A stretch of DNA of 64,000 nucleotides from an uncultured Gammaproteobacteria bacterium (GCA_964537315.1 CAZIAP010000001.1:121149-185148), one strand, 5' to 3'; positions 1 to 9,881 are shown, counted from the stretch's first letter. Program-made: numbers and translations. The notes: generated from the sequence alone by a model not told the origin.

Positions 1-266
1 ACTTTAATAGTAATGTCTTCACCGTTTTTTCCGTGCATTTTTTTACCTTTTCCATCTTCTCCATCCTGTGCGCTGATCTCTTTTTTATACGTAAACTGAG
101 AAAGATCAGAGACATTATGAGTAGCGACAATATAAATGTCTCCTCCTTTCCCTCCGTTCCCTCCATCAGGTCCTCCTTTTGGGTTATGTCCAGCACGGAA
201 AAAATGTATGGATCCGTCTCCGCCTTTTCCAGCGGTAAGTGTAATTGTTACATCGTCTACTAACAT
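1..266 (-). CDS. obg: GTPase Obg, N-terminal part (5' end of the gene; it continues beyond the window start)
   Basis: Reverse-strand translation from the ATG (complement of 264-266) gives MLVDDVTITLTAGKGGDGSIHFFRAGHNPKGGPDGGNGGKGGDIYIVATHNVSDLSQFTYKKEISAQDGEDGKGKKMHGKNGEDITIK. This is the glycine-rich Obg-fold signature. The ORF track missed it because no stop lies in the window; the listed + ORF 33..263 is its antisense. Confidence 0.8.
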   Translation of the reverse strand, partial: MLVDDVTITLTAGKGGDGSIHFFRAGHNPKGGPDGGNGGKGGDIYIVATHNVSDLSQFTYKKEISAQDGEDGKGKKMHGKNGEDITIK

Positions 267-289
267 ATTAGTATTATATCAGTAATATT

Positions 290-1060
290 TTGTTATACTC
301 ATTTAATATGACGAGTGAGTTTACCCAGGAAGAGTTTGATCAACACCTGAATCGAGAGCATAGCCAATCTGCATTTTCTACCTACCTAAAAGAGATTGTC
401 TATGGTGGAGTCGACGGTATAGTCACTACCTTCGCTGTTGTTGCAGGTTTTACGGGAGCACAAAGTGGTGATAGTACTATCGCGTCAATCTCTGTTACTG
501 CAGTACTACTGTTCGGTTTTGCTAATTTATTTGCAGATGGTGTTTCGATGGGATTAGGTAATGTGCTTTCAGTTAGGGCGGATCAAGACGTATACAAGCA
601 GGAAAAAGAAAAAGAACGGCGTGAAATTAAGGCCAATAGAAAGTCCGAGATTGCAGAAACCGTGTTTATTTTAAAACAAAAAGGTTTTACACATAAACAG
701 GCAGTACAACTTGCAGAAGTTTATGCGACTAATGAAGAGTACTGGCTTGAGTTCATGATGAATCACGAGCTTGAGATGACTAATCCGGAGAGTGATAACC
801 CCGTCCTAACAGGTTTGTCTACTTTTATTTCATTTATAGTTTTTGGCGCAGTCCCGATTCTGCCTTACTTGATATTTAGAGACAACTCTGATGTTTTTCT
901 TGTCTCGGTAGTTGCCGCGTCTATAGCTTTAATATTACTAGGTGTTCTTCGATATCGAGTCACTAAAGAAAAAATTGCGCGTTCAGTTGGTGAAGTCGTT
1001 ATACTCGGGGGAATTTCTGCAACAATTGCTTATATAGTAGGTACCTTCTTCAGTGCATAG
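290..1060 (+). CDS. VIT1/CCC1 family iron/manganese transporter
   Basis: N-terminal GGVDGIVTTFAVVAG motif and C-terminal hydrophobic helices typical of the VIT family (PF01988). Confidence 0.7.
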   Translation: MLYSFNMTSEFTQEEFDQHLNREHSQSAFSTYLKEIVYGGVDGIVTTFAVVAGFTGAQSGDSTIASISVTAVLLFGFANLFADGVSMGLGNVLSVRADQDVYKQEKEKERREIKANRKSEIAETVFILKQKGFTHKQAVQLAEVYATNEEYWLEFMMNHELEMTNPESDNPVLTGLSTFISFIVFGAVPILPYLIFRDNSDVFLVSVVAASIALILLGVLRYRVTKEKIARSVGEVVILGGISATIAYIVGTFFSA

Positions 1061-1140
1061 ATAATCTCCACTATTTTGAATTACATTCTTCTTACAAGGT
1101 TTTACACTATGTTTATCTTTAACGAATAACATAACTATTT

Positions 1141-1677
1141 ATGAAAGATAAACAAAATGTAAATAGGACAATTGAAGATAAAACAAATCAACAACACACA
1201 AGCAATTTTGGTAAACCACCAATTGGGCAAACTCCGCTTGATCCTACCGACAACGCTCAAGGAATGATGAACGATACAACCGGAATGACAGGTGTAAGTA
1301 AAGATGCGAACAATCCAAATACACCACCTCCTCAAGGCACAGAACCTGGTATTCGAACTTGGTCTGAGCATAAGTCAAAGTCAAATAGAGACGTTCCGAC
1401 ACAGAGCGAGGATTCAACTGTTCCAATATCTGAGTCTCCCGTTACTGCGACTCCAGGTAGTACTCCTACAGGTAATGAAACACTGGATGATGCTGCACCA
1501 CACACAGTTGGCGAACAAGGAGTAAATGCTACGAATCCTGATCCTGCTTCTGACGACGATACATTGGCAAATGCTCAGAATGTAGGATTGCGTTTAGATG
1601 AAGATGAAGAGCATCCGCAAGAGCTAGATATCGGAAGCGACATAGATAAAGCCGAAGAGTACCATCGAAATCACTAA
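1141..1677 (+). CDS. Hypothetical low-complexity (P/T/D/E-rich) protein
   Basis: 178-aa ORF with disordered composition and no recognisable motif. It fills the gap between flanking genes. Confidence 0.35.
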   Translation: MKDKQNVNRTIEDKTNQQHTSNFGKPPIGQTPLDPTDNAQGMMNDTTGMTGVSKDANNPNTPPPQGTEPGIRTWSEHKSKSNRDVPTQSEDSTVPISESPVTATPGSTPTGNETLDDAAPHTVGEQGVNATNPDPASDDDTLANAQNVGLRLDEDEEHPQELDIGSDIDKAEEYHRNH

Positions 1678-2393
1678 ATTTCCATTTCAACAACCAGAGG
1701 CAAATGATCTGAAGCAGCAGTGTCAGGCATTTGAAAATTTTTAACATCAAAGTCTTTTGTGGTAAATACAAAATCTATTCTATGCTCCGGAATTTGAGTA
1801 TTGGTCGTATGCGATTTACCAACTTCGTTAAGCGGTTTATTACGGGCAGCGAGTTCACTTTCTAATTCCGAATACAGTTTATTGCCAGCTTGTGTATTTA
1901 AGTCTGCTGCGAGAATACACGCCTCATCCGGTAAAGAGCTTTTTAGTTTTTCTGCTTGTATACTCTGTACTGATGTCATCTCATTCGTATTTGAAAAACC
2001 CAGATGTGTAGAAATCACAGAGATCTCTTTTTGTTCAAGCTGTAGTTTTACATACACTGCATTTCTGGGTTCGGTTTCTGAATTTTTGCGGTAAAGCGGC
2101 AACCCACTCAACTCTATTGAGCGTGACTCAATTATTGGGTAACTGCTCAGAACAGCGTTTCCAAGGGTATAAGAAGGAAAATGGCGGTCTGTAGTAAAAG
2201 CTTTCCCGAAGTAATACTGCATATTAAGAGAGTCAGCTATTTTTGCTGCATCGTTATAAACAGAGCCATCATGCTCTTTCTCAGAAACTTCCTGTAAGGC
2301 TACAAGATCTGGTTTTTCATTTTCCAGAAACTTAACTACTTCCTCAATTCTTCTTCCTCCCCAAATATTCCATGAGATAAATTTAATTTGCAT
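1674..2393 (-). CDS. Endonuclease/exonuclease/phosphatase (EEP) family protein
   Basis: N-terminal WNIWGG...LVALQEV and C-terminal SDHLPLVVE motifs of the EEP fold. Confidence 0.75.
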   Translation of the reverse strand: MQIKFISWNIWGGRRIEEVVKFLENEKPDLVALQEVSEKEHDGSVYNDAAKIADSLNMQYYFGKAFTTDRHFPSYTLGNAVLSSYPIIESRSIELSGLPLYRKNSETEPRNAVYVKLQLEQKEISVISTHLGFSNTNEMTSVQSIQAEKLKSSLPDEACILAADLNTQAGNKLYSELESELAARNKPLNEVGKSHTTNTQIPEHRIDFVFTTKDFDVKNFQMPDTAASDHLPLVVEMEI

Positions 2394-2519
2394 AAAATGA
2401 GTATATCAAGATCTATAAACAAATTCAGTAGGATGAGGATTTCATGACCAACTAAGACTTAAGTTTCTTATTGCTTGTTTTCCTAGTTTGCTGAGCAGTA
2501 TAATTAAATTGGAGGTATT

Positions 2520-3440
2520 ATGATCGAGGTATATTTCAAAACAATAAAAGACAAAAAGTTTAAGAAGATAGATGAAGTTCGCGCAGGATGCTGGATTAAT
2601 GTAGAAAACGCTACTGAGCAGGATCTGGAGAAGGTATCAGAACTGACAGGTTTGGGTATGCATGATCTGCAAGATAGCCTGGATAACTATGAAGTTCCGC
2701 GTATAGAACGACAGGAAGAAGGTGTTCTTTTATATGTTAGGACGCCTGAACCCACAGCAGGGGAATTATATACTGAGTTACTTACGATCGTCATCACATC
2801 AAAGTATTTAATAACCATATCTAAGGAAAAGAATAAGGTTACAAACTTCCTGTTAGACCAACGAACTTCAATTGCAACTACACAGAAGTCAAAAGTTGTA
2901 CTTCGTATGCTTTTGCGACTGGCTCATGAGTACACAGTGCAAATTAAGCGTCTTCGTACCAGCGTGTCTCGTAGTACAAGTGACTTCAGTAGGATAGATA
3001 CGCAAGACTTTATTCGACTTGCACAAACAGAGGAAGTACTTAATCAGTATATTACTGCTTTAGTTCCGATGAATAACGTATTTGAGGCAATTCGTACAGG
3101 AAAGTTTATTAATTTATACCAGGAAGATGAAGATTTGGTACAAGATTTGCTTGTAGGGATTAAACAGTCTGCAGATATTTGTACCGTTAACCTAAGGAGC
3201 ATTCGCAGTATTCGGGATTCGTACCAGGTAATTTTTACAAACAATCTTAACAAAATCATTAAACTTTTCACTTCGCTTACAGTCATCCTAACCATTCCTA
3301 CCATCGTAGCCAGCCTGTTCGGAATGAATGTTAATGTTCCATTCGATGAGTACCCGTATGCTTTTTCAGTTATTACACTCTCAACAGTCCTTGCAGCGTT
3401 AGCAGCTTTCCTCTTCTTATACTACAAACGTTGGCTCTAA
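2520..3440 (+). CDS. corA: CorA family Mg2+/Co2+ transporter
   Basis: C-terminal two TM helices with a GMN motif (LFGMNVNVPF) and an acidic N-terminal cytoplasmic domain. A TATAAT -10 box and a GGAGG RBS lie upstream. Confidence 0.85.
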   Translation: MIEVYFKTIKDKKFKKIDEVRAGCWINVENATEQDLEKVSELTGLGMHDLQDSLDNYEVPRIERQEEGVLLYVRTPEPTAGELYTELLTIVITSKYLITISKEKNKVTNFLLDQRTSIATTQKSKVVLRMLLRLAHEYTVQIKRLRTSVSRSTSDFSRIDTQDFIRLAQTEEVLNQYITALVPMNNVFEAIRTGKFINLYQEDEDLVQDLLVGIKQSADICTVNLRSIRSIRDSYQVIFTNNLNKIIKLFTSLTVILTIPTIVASLFGMNVNVPFDEYPYAFSVITLSTVLAALAAFLFLYYKRWL

Positions 3441-3521
3441 ACTGATAGACATTTTTTTCGCCTTTTTGAGGCTAATGAGTATATATATTGTTCAATCCTA
3501 GCCTTGAGGGTCTTAAAAAAC

Positions 3522-3550
3522 TTGACATAGCAAATTTCACATGGTATTAT
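3522..3550 (+). promoter_or_regulatory. Sigma70-type promoter (TTGACA-N17-TGgTATTAT)
   Basis: cTTGACAtagcaaatttcacatggTATTATcccc, about 12 nt before the ATG at 3569. Confidence 0.5.
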
Positions 3551-3568
3551 CCCCAAGTCTTAAAAAAT

Positions 3569-4348
3569 ATGCTTAAAAAGCAAGTGATTGCAGGCTTTTC
3601 TGCAATCATACTAACACTTTTCAGCGGAAGCCAAAATTTTGCATCCGCTACCACAAAAACAATCCACAACAACACAACCCCACCAAAGGCCGCTCTCTGC
3701 TCCGGACCTTTCCTGACTCCCTTCTGTGGGAAAATCGTAGGAAAGTGTATGTTATCGGATAAAGAGTCAAATTCACTTGTATTTGAGCCTCAGGTGTCAT
3801 ATGGGATTATTGCTGCTCCAAATTCAGACTCTGAAGAAAAAGAGGATAATAAACCTCTATTTACTTATAGTTACTCTGTAGCCAAAGCATCTCCTTCACC
3901 TGCTGCGCAAAGCCAGGCAGTTACTCCTAGCCCGACTGTAGAAGTCCAGTCTATTGTTGCATATAACGATCAGCCACAAAGTTCTACAGGTGGGTTAAAC
4001 CCTGAAGTGATTTTTTCAATGGTAAATCAAATACGTGCTGATGCAGGACTACCTCAATTTGCTAAAGATGATAGACTGTGTGCACTTGCAAATGAGCGCG
4101 CGCCTGAGCTATATAACGAAATATATGTTAATGGAAATATGCACGCGGGACTTGCGCGAAGACAGCCAAGTATTCCTTATCGTGTAACAGAAAACATGAT
4201 CTCGCAGCAGACAGAACAACAGGCAGTGAACTGGTGGATGAATTCACCTATTCACAGAAGTGCAATACTTGGAAACTATACACACGGTTGTGTTAGTTGT
4301 TCAGGAAACAACTGCGCGATGTTGTTCTCAAGCTTCGTTTCGAAATAG
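3569..4348 (+). CDS. Secreted CAP/SCP/PR1-like (YkwD-like) domain protein
   Basis: Signal-peptide-like N-terminus (MLKKQVIAGFSAIILTLFSG). C-terminal NWWMNSPIHRSAILGNYTHGCVSC matches the CAP domain. The start is chosen downstream of the promoter; the track ORF begins at 3488. Confidence 0.65.
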   Translation: MLKKQVIAGFSAIILTLFSGSQNFASATTKTIHNNTTPPKAALCSGPFLTPFCGKIVGKCMLSDKESNSLVFEPQVSYGIIAAPNSDSEEKEDNKPLFTYSYSVAKASPSPAAQSQAVTPSPTVEVQSIVAYNDQPQSSTGGLNPEVIFSMVNQIRADAGLPQFAKDDRLCALANERAPELYNEIYVNGNMHAGLARRQPSIPYRVTENMISQQTEQQAVNWWMNSPIHRSAILGNYTHGCVSCSGNNCAMLFSSFVSK

Positions 4349-4427
4349 TCTCTTATTGGTTTCTTACTTTTTTCTCTGAAATTCATTACATTGATCGATC
4401 TATAGTATATATAGGTGGGAATTATGT

Positions 4428-5954
4428 ATGTTTCGAAGCGGACTTCGTTATAAACCTCAGTGGAATACACGTGCGTACTCATATGATCCGTTGCTTTTGT
4501 ATTTATTTGCGACGCTCATGACATTTGTTGCTTGTTTGGCACAAGTGTTGATTGTCTCCTTGTCAGGTCAAGGATATACGTACCTATTATTTTTTGTTGC
4601 AATAGTGGCTAGTGCTTGGATTGGAGGATTTAGTACCGGAGTATACTCTACACTTCTTTCAGCCTGTATCGCTTATGCATTCTTTATACCCCCTTTGTAC
4701 ACAGTGACATTGAAAGATCCATCTTATCTCATAGGAAGTTTTATTTTTTTCCTCGAAGGTGTATTCATAAGTTACCTGAGTCAGAATATGCATACTGCTC
4801 TTAAAAATTCAATTTTAAAAAATACTGAACTGATCAGAAGTGAAGAGAGATATAGGTCAGTAGTAGAGTCTGTTAAAGATTATGCTATTTATACTCTTGA
4901 TAAAGAAGGATATATTACTAGCTGGAATCGCGGATCAGAACACACGAAGGGATATACACTGGAAGAAGTTTTAAAAAAGCACTACTCGCTTTTTTTCGAA
5001 CCTACAGAGATTAGCGAAGGTATTCCCTGGAAGTATCTAGCCTTAGCGACTGAGAATGGTCGTTATGAGTTTGAGGGATGGAGAAGTAAAAAAGATGGTA
5101 CAAAATTCTGGGCAAACAGTATTATAACCCCAATAATTGATGACTCAAAAACAGTATGTGGTTTTTCGGTTATTTCTCGTGACCTAACGGAAAGAAAAGA
5201 GATTGAGAGGAGAAAGGATGATTTTATCAGTATTGCTAGTCATGAATTGAGAACGCCTGTGACGAGTGTAAAAGTTTTTACCCAGGTATTATTAAAAATA
5301 TTTAGTCGGCACTCTGACAAATCTCCGGTTAAGTATTTGATGAAAATGGATGCTCAGATGGATAAATTAACGCTGTTGATCAATGACTTACTTGATGTTT
5401 CAAGAATTCAATCTGGTAAGCTTGAATTTAAGCAAGAGGTTTTGAATTTGCAGGAAATAGCAAATGAAGTAGTTGAAAATATGCAGACATTGTCAGATAG
5501 ACATACGATTGTCTGTACTGGCAGTGTTTATGATTATGTGCTTGCTGATAAAGATCGTATAGGACAAGTTTTAATAAATCTAATTTCAAATGCGATAAAG
5601 TACTCTCCTAACGCTGATACTGTAGATGTAGCCCTTACACAGAATGAATCGGAAGTGATTGTATCCGTTCGAGATTATGGCGTGGGAATACCCGAGGATT
5701 ATAAAGAAAAAATTTTCGAACGATTTTTTAGAGTATATGATGATAGAGAAAAGACGTATCCAGGTTTAGGTATGGGATTATATATCTCAGCAGAGATAGT
5801 AAAGAGGCACAACGGAAGAATTTGGGTAGAAAGTGAGCTTGGAAAAGGGTCTATATTCTATATGAGTATTCCGGTCAGCGCACAAAACCAAGCAGCGACA
5901 GCTTTTAAAAACGATATCAATGAAACTTTGTACGCTCCAGGTGTACAACCTTAA
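4428..5954 (+). CDS. Membrane sensor histidine kinase (TM region, PAS, HisKA, HATPase)
   Basis: Several N-terminal TM helices; PAS-like segment (YAIYTLDKEGYITSWNRGSEHTKGYTLEEV); H-box (FISIASHELRTPVTSV); N/G boxes (GLGMGLYIS...GKGSIFY). Confidence 0.85.
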   Translation: MFRSGLRYKPQWNTRAYSYDPLLLYLFATLMTFVACLAQVLIVSLSGQGYTYLLFFVAIVASAWIGGFSTGVYSTLLSACIAYAFFIPPLYTVTLKDPSYLIGSFIFFLEGVFISYLSQNMHTALKNSILKNTELIRSEERYRSVVESVKDYAIYTLDKEGYITSWNRGSEHTKGYTLEEVLKKHYSLFFEPTEISEGIPWKYLALATENGRYEFEGWRSKKDGTKFWANSIITPIIDDSKTVCGFSVISRDLTERKEIERRKDDFISIASHELRTPVTSVKVFTQVLLKIFSRHSDKSPVKYLMKMDAQMDKLTLLINDLLDVSRIQSGKLEFKQEVLNLQEIANEVVENMQTLSDRHTIVCTGSVYDYVLADKDRIGQVLINLISNAIKYSPNADTVDVALTQNESEVIVSVRDYGVGIPEDYKEKIFERFFRVYDDREKTYPGLGMGLYISAEIVKRHNGRIWVESELGKGSIFYMSIPVSAQNQAATAFKNDINETLYAPGVQP

Positions 5955-5963
5955 TTAATTTGT

Positions 5964-6323
5964 ATGAAAAAAATATTGGTGGTTGATGATGATGCAGCAA
6001 TTCTAGAAGCAATTCAAGTTTCTTTAGAACTTGAGAACTATTATGTATTTACTGCGACGAACGGAAAAAGTGCTATAAGTTCAGCAATAAATGAGCAACC
6101 GGATATGCTGATTCTAGATGTGCTGCTTTCAGGAGATGATGGAAGAAATATTGTCAGAACGCTAAAAAACACGCAGAAAACATCTCATATACCGATTGTA
6201 ATGGTATCTGCTCACTCTAATGTTCGTGAATCTGTAATTGAAGCTGGTGCAGACGACTTTTTGCCTAAACCATTTGATATAAATATACTTCTGGAAAAAG
6301 TCTCCAGATATACTAGGAAGTAA
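5964..6323 (+). CDS. Single-domain response regulator (CheY-like receiver)
   Basis: ILVVDDD...MLILDVLL...KPF receiver motifs. Lies 9 nt after the kinase gene. Confidence 0.85.
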   Translation: MKKILVVDDDAAILEAIQVSLELENYYVFTATNGKSAISSAINEQPDMLILDVLLSGDDGRNIVRTLKNTQKTSHIPIVMVSAHSNVRESVIEAGADDFLPKPFDINILLEKVSRYTRK

Positions 6324-6368
6324 TTTACTATATTGCAATTGTGTTGCCAATTGTTATAATAGCTTTTA

Positions 6369-7070
6369 ATGGCAACACGTACAAAGAAAACAACCAAAAA
6401 AACCGTCAAAAATAGTTCTCCATCTTTTTTTTCTCGCATTGCTGCTCTTCCAAGTCGCTTGCCTTCTATAAATCCAGTTAAACTATCAATTGTCTTGGCA
6501 ATCGCAGGTATTGTTGCGCTTCTCTACTTTTTCCAGGGAGAGTATTTGTTCGCTAAAGTAAACGGTAAACCTATCACTACTGCTGCAGTGCTCCAAGAAC
6601 TAGAAATGGTTAAGCGAAATGAAGTATCAGAGGTTGTAAACATCATGATTGATAAATCTTTATTAATGTCAGAAGCAGAGAAAAGAGGAATTACGGTGTC
6701 TGAAGAAGATATCGATAAAGAAATGAAAGCAACCGAAGAGCAGCTGAAGCAAACAGGACAGTCATTAGATAGTCAACTTGCTTTACTGGGAATGACAAGA
6801 GAAGGTCTCAGAGAAAATTACAGGATCCAAAAGTCTGTTGAGCAGATGCTTGGAGAAACAAAAGTATCTGATGAAGAAGTCGCAGACTATATTGAATCAA
6901 ACCAAGATTTACTTCCTCAAGATCAGGATGAGGAAGAGATAAGATCGATGGTAAGAGGTCAGCTCACTCAACAAAAACTTGCACAAAGTTACCAAGAATT
7001 AATAACCAAATTAAGAAATGAAGCTGATATTCAAGAGTTTAGACCTTACTTAAACCAAGCTGGACTTTAA
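6369..7070 (+). CDS. Membrane-anchored SurA N-terminal-domain-like chaperone protein
   Basis: N-terminal TM anchor followed by a SurA_N-like region (AKVNGKPITTAAVLQELE...SEAEKRGITVSEEDID). A TTGCAA-N16-TATAAT promoter lies at 6333-6360. Confidence 0.5.
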   Translation: MATRTKKTTKKTVKNSSPSFFSRIAALPSRLPSINPVKLSIVLAIAGIVALLYFFQGEYLFAKVNGKPITTAAVLQELEMVKRNEVSEVVNIMIDKSLLMSEAEKRGITVSEEDIDKEMKATEEQLKQTGQSLDSQLALLGMTREGLRENYRIQKSVEQMLGETKVSDEEVADYIESNQDLLPQDQDEEEIRSMVRGQLTQQKLAQSYQELITKLRNEADIQEFRPYLNQAGL

Positions 7071-7401
7071 TAGTAATCCATACTTTCTTCCAAAACGATC
7101 CCTTTTGATATTCTCTATATACTCTTTTCTTTTCAATGTCTATTGAGCCAGGCATAGGAGGATCAACCCAGCACGAAAGTATCACGTGTTCATTCTTCTC
7201 ATTTTTAGTCGCGATAACGGTTATTTTATAATGTTGAACTTTTTTCTGGTATTCAGTAGTATGTGCTTTTTTACCTGGGATTTTATTATCAGGTGATATA
7301 AATGCTGTATAAGCAAGATTCTGTGCAAGATTACGCTGAGCTAATCTTTCCAGTGCATGATTTGTCCAGATTACACCGCCGAATTTATTATTTAATGCCA
7401 T
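7039..7401 (-). CDS. DUF4258-like (BrnT/RelE-fold RNase toxin-like) protein
   Basis: WTNHALERLAQRNL...DNKIPGKK...HYKITVIATKNEKNEHVILSCW matches the DUF4258 pattern (HAxER..eR ... PgK ... VVitvy). No obvious antitoxin partner. Confidence 0.45.
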   Translation of the reverse strand: MALNNKFGGVIWTNHALERLAQRNLAQNLAYTAFISPDNKIPGKKAHTTEYQKKVQHYKITVIATKNEKNEHVILSCWVDPPMPGSIDIEKKRVYREYQKGSFWKKVWITIKVQLGLSKV

Positions 7402-7507
7402 AGTGAAATTGTAACATACACGTTTCGGCGGGTGAACTAATAACGTTAAGCGTAATTACTATTTACCCCTTGATTTTTCTCACCGTATTTAGTTATAGTG
7501 AATAGCG

Positions 7508-7984
7508 ATGGATGATCAAACACCTCGAAATCAGGACGATACTTCTGAATCTACAGTACTTGAAGTAGAATCAGTTGTAATCGAAGAAAATACCGCAGCA
7601 GATAATAGTACTGTTTACCTCAGTCTTGAAAATCTTATAAAAAGCAACTTAAACAACATTGATACCCTGCAAAAGCAATATAGAGAACAAAAAGAGATGG
7701 TGGATAATGTTCTAGAAAATGATCAAACATACAGACAGCATCTTGATCAGGCAAAAGAAGCTAATAATACAAAGTCTTCTACAAAACAGCAGATAATGAA
7801 AAGACCGGACGTAGTAAGAATCGCAGAAAAAATGAAAGCACTTAAAGAAGAAATTAAAGAAACCCAAGCTACACTATCAGATCTTTTACAAGAATATCAA
7901 AGAGCTTCAGGAAGCAATGTTATAGAGCGAGAAGACGGACAGATTTTAGAAATCGTCTCAACTTCCAAACTCGTAAGAAAGTAG
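7508..7984 (+). CDS. Hypothetical coiled-coil protein
   Basis: 158-aa acidic, K/E-rich ORF in an otherwise empty interval. No motif recognised. Confidence 0.35.
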   Translation: MDDQTPRNQDDTSESTVLEVESVVIEENTAADNSTVYLSLENLIKSNLNNIDTLQKQYREQKEMVDNVLENDQTYRQHLDQAKEANNTKSSTKQQIMKRPDVVRIAEKMKALKEEIKETQATLSDLLQEYQRASGSNVIEREDGQILEIVSTSKLVRK

Positions 7985-8048
7985 TTGATAGAACAGACTT
8001 TTCGCGGTTATCCACTCAACTTATCTACTCCAATTTTTCAATCTAGAA

Positions 8049-8366
8049 TTGCATAATTCTTACACATCCATGTGTTCATTCTTAATTCGCATTGGTAGCA
8101 TAGTACTCATGACAATGTTAGCATTCGCGATGTTCATCTCTCTGCTTCTTCTTATATTTAACTCACTCGACCCACGTACCACTTCACGAGGAGATATTTT
8201 CTCGTCACTTATAAAATTATCCGTTGGAATCGCACTGGGATTTGTCATCATACTTTTGTATGGAGTTGGGGTTCCTGGTTTGAAATATTTATTTATGGTA
8301 ATAGGATTTGGGGGTTTGGCGCACATGTTTCTGTCATATCGAATTCCTGAATTATCAAAAGTTTAG
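8049..8366 (+). CDS. Hypothetical small membrane protein
   Basis: Three predicted TM helices. No recognised family. Confidence 0.3.
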   Translation: MHNSYTSMCSFLIRIGSIVLMTMLAFAMFISLLLLIFNSLDPRTTSRGDIFSSLIKLSVGIALGFVIILLYGVGVPGLKYLFMVIGFGGLAHMFLSYRIPELSKV

Positions 8367-8369
8367 AGT

Positions 8370-8657
8370 ATGATACAAGCAAAGATTAAGTCTGTACCTC
8401 GAGATATAAATCCTAACCCAGGTCATGTATTGTTATTACTCTGGCTTTGGGAGGATCGTGAACGAGAAAGGTTATTTACAGAGCTTATTGAAAGTTCTTC
8501 GTATACATTTCAGTTTGACACTTTTACAAAAACGGTAAATGCAGCAGCAGAGAGATGTCTGATGGAGTTCAACGAACTTTTTAATAATTCTGATGATTCG
8601 ATGGGAGTCCTTGATATACAAGACATTACGCAAATAAAAGACGATGGTGTAAATTAA
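8370..8657 (+). CDS. Hypothetical protein
   Basis: 95-aa ORF starting 4 nt after the previous one. No motif recognised. Confidence 0.3.
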   Translation: MIQAKIKSVPRDINPNPGHVLLLLWLWEDRERERLFTELIESSSYTFQFDTFTKTVNAAAERCLMEFNELFNNSDDSMGVLDIQDITQIKDDGVN

Positions 8658-8795
8658 TCCCCTCTTTATCCTTTCTGGATTCTTACTATTTTTTTTATAT
8701 TACCTAATTTTGAAAAGTTAGCATATTTAGTCACCATAGATAATTGTAGTCTCATTTAGATAAAGCTACGAGAGGAGAAGGGAGGTGGATAATCA

Positions 8796-9086
8796 ATGAT
8801 ACATATAGGAAGGCAAAATACTAAATCAACTGCTATTAAAGCAGGTGTTGCAGGTGCAGTAATTGGGATTGCAGGCACAGCAATTGGAATTGCAATGTCT
8901 GACAAAGAAAATCGAGAAAAAATTAGAAAGTCTCTTTCAGATGCCAAGCGATGGACTAAAGAAAAAATGATGACTTCGCAAGAACAATCACAAGAAGTTG
9001 AAGGAGATAGCTCTGAAATGGTTAGAAATGAAGCTAGACCGGTGCAGTCTGAACCCGAACCTGCTAGCAGCAGTCGAAGAAGGTAA
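8796..9086 (+). CDS. YtxH-like glycine-zipper small protein
   Basis: AIKAGVAGAVIGIAGTAIGIAMSDKENREKIRK resembles the YtxH (PF12732) N-terminal segment. A GGAGG RBS lies upstream. Confidence 0.4.
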   Translation: MIHIGRQNTKSTAIKAGVAGAVIGIAGTAIGIAMSDKENREKIRKSLSDAKRWTKEKMMTSQEQSQEVEGDSSEMVRNEARPVQSEPEPASSSRRR

Positions 9087-9102
9087 TCAATATTTTCAAA
9101 TA

Positions 9103-9132
9103 AAAACAGCCCTTTAAAAGGGCTGTTTTTTT
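9103..9132. terminator. Rho-independent terminator between convergent genes
   Basis: aaaaaCAGCCCtttaaaaGGGCTGttttttt, with an A-run on the other side. It could serve both strands. Confidence 0.7.
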
Positions 9133-9147
9133 ATGGTATACTCTTCT

Positions 9148-9396
9148 CTAACGATATACAGCTCTACCAATAGCTATTAGTGCAATCGCACCCACGACTG
9201 CAATAATGATGCTGTAAGCGTTAAATCCGGTCACACCTGGAGAACCAAGGAGGTTCATGAGGAATCCTCCAATAACTGCGCCAACAATTCCTAGTAAAAT
9301 ATCCCCTACAAGTCCCTGTCGTGCACTGGTACCCATTATCATTGAAGCTACCCATCCTGCAATAGCTCCAAAAAGAATCCATAATAAAATGCTCAT
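9148..9396 (-). CDS. GlsB/YeaQ/YmgE family stress-response membrane protein
   Basis: 82 aa: ...FGAIAGWVASMIMG...DILLGIVGAVIGGFL, the hallmark of the transglycosylase-associated protein family. Confidence 0.75.
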   Translation of the reverse strand: MSILLWILFGAIAGWVASMIMGTSARQGLVGDILLGIVGAVIGGFLMNLLGSPGVTGFNAYSIIIAVVGAIALIAIGRAVYR

Positions 9397-9467
9397 TATA
9401 TATAATCACCTCCTTTAATGTCTCTTGATATTCGTAAATTCAAAATATTTCACAACACATATCTTGT

Positions 9468-9671
9468 TTACTGATTCGGCGTATTTACATTCACGTCGAC
9501 TTCATCAGGTATTGTTACTTCGGTTCCTCCAGAATTCCCCACATTTTGTAAAGCAGGAAGCCCGTAATAAAAGAACAGAACTGTAAAAATAATTAATAAT
9601 ATCACTCCTATCAAAAATCCTGAGCCGTTTCCTCTTCTTTCGCTAGGCGGATTGTTTACTATTGTTGCCAT
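9468..9671 (-). CDS. Hypothetical small membrane protein
   Basis: Start moved to MATIVNN... because a strong SD (taaGGAGGTGaagtatATG) precedes it. One TM helix. Confidence 0.4.
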   Translation of the reverse strand: MATIVNNPPSERRGNGSGFLIGVILLIIFTVLFFYYGLPALQNVGNSGGTEVTIPDEVDVNVNTPNQ

Positions 9672-9881
9672 ATACTTCACCTCCTTAACTGTGTTATAGC
9701 TTGTAAATTTCAACTAAGAATTTGGTTAAAAACGTCAGCTTATCTGCTATAACATATTTTTAATACTAATGCTTGCTGGTTAATGCTGAATGTGGAAATT
9801 GTAAGAATCGATTAAGAAGCAATGTAAATTAACCTCGCAAGGTTTTACATCCTTTTTCATTTTTGGTAAGATCAGTGAAAC

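Noticed and set aside
33-263. 76-aa plus-strand ORF at the start of the window
   Set aside because: It is the antisense of a clear Obg GTPase N-terminus encoded on the minus strand (1..266). Its own sequence is low-complexity with no RBS.
1135-1771. Several 60-80-aa ORFs overlapping the 1141..1677 gene on both strands
   Set aside because: These are alternative frames of the same low-complexity region. Only the longest plus-strand frame is kept, and at low confidence.
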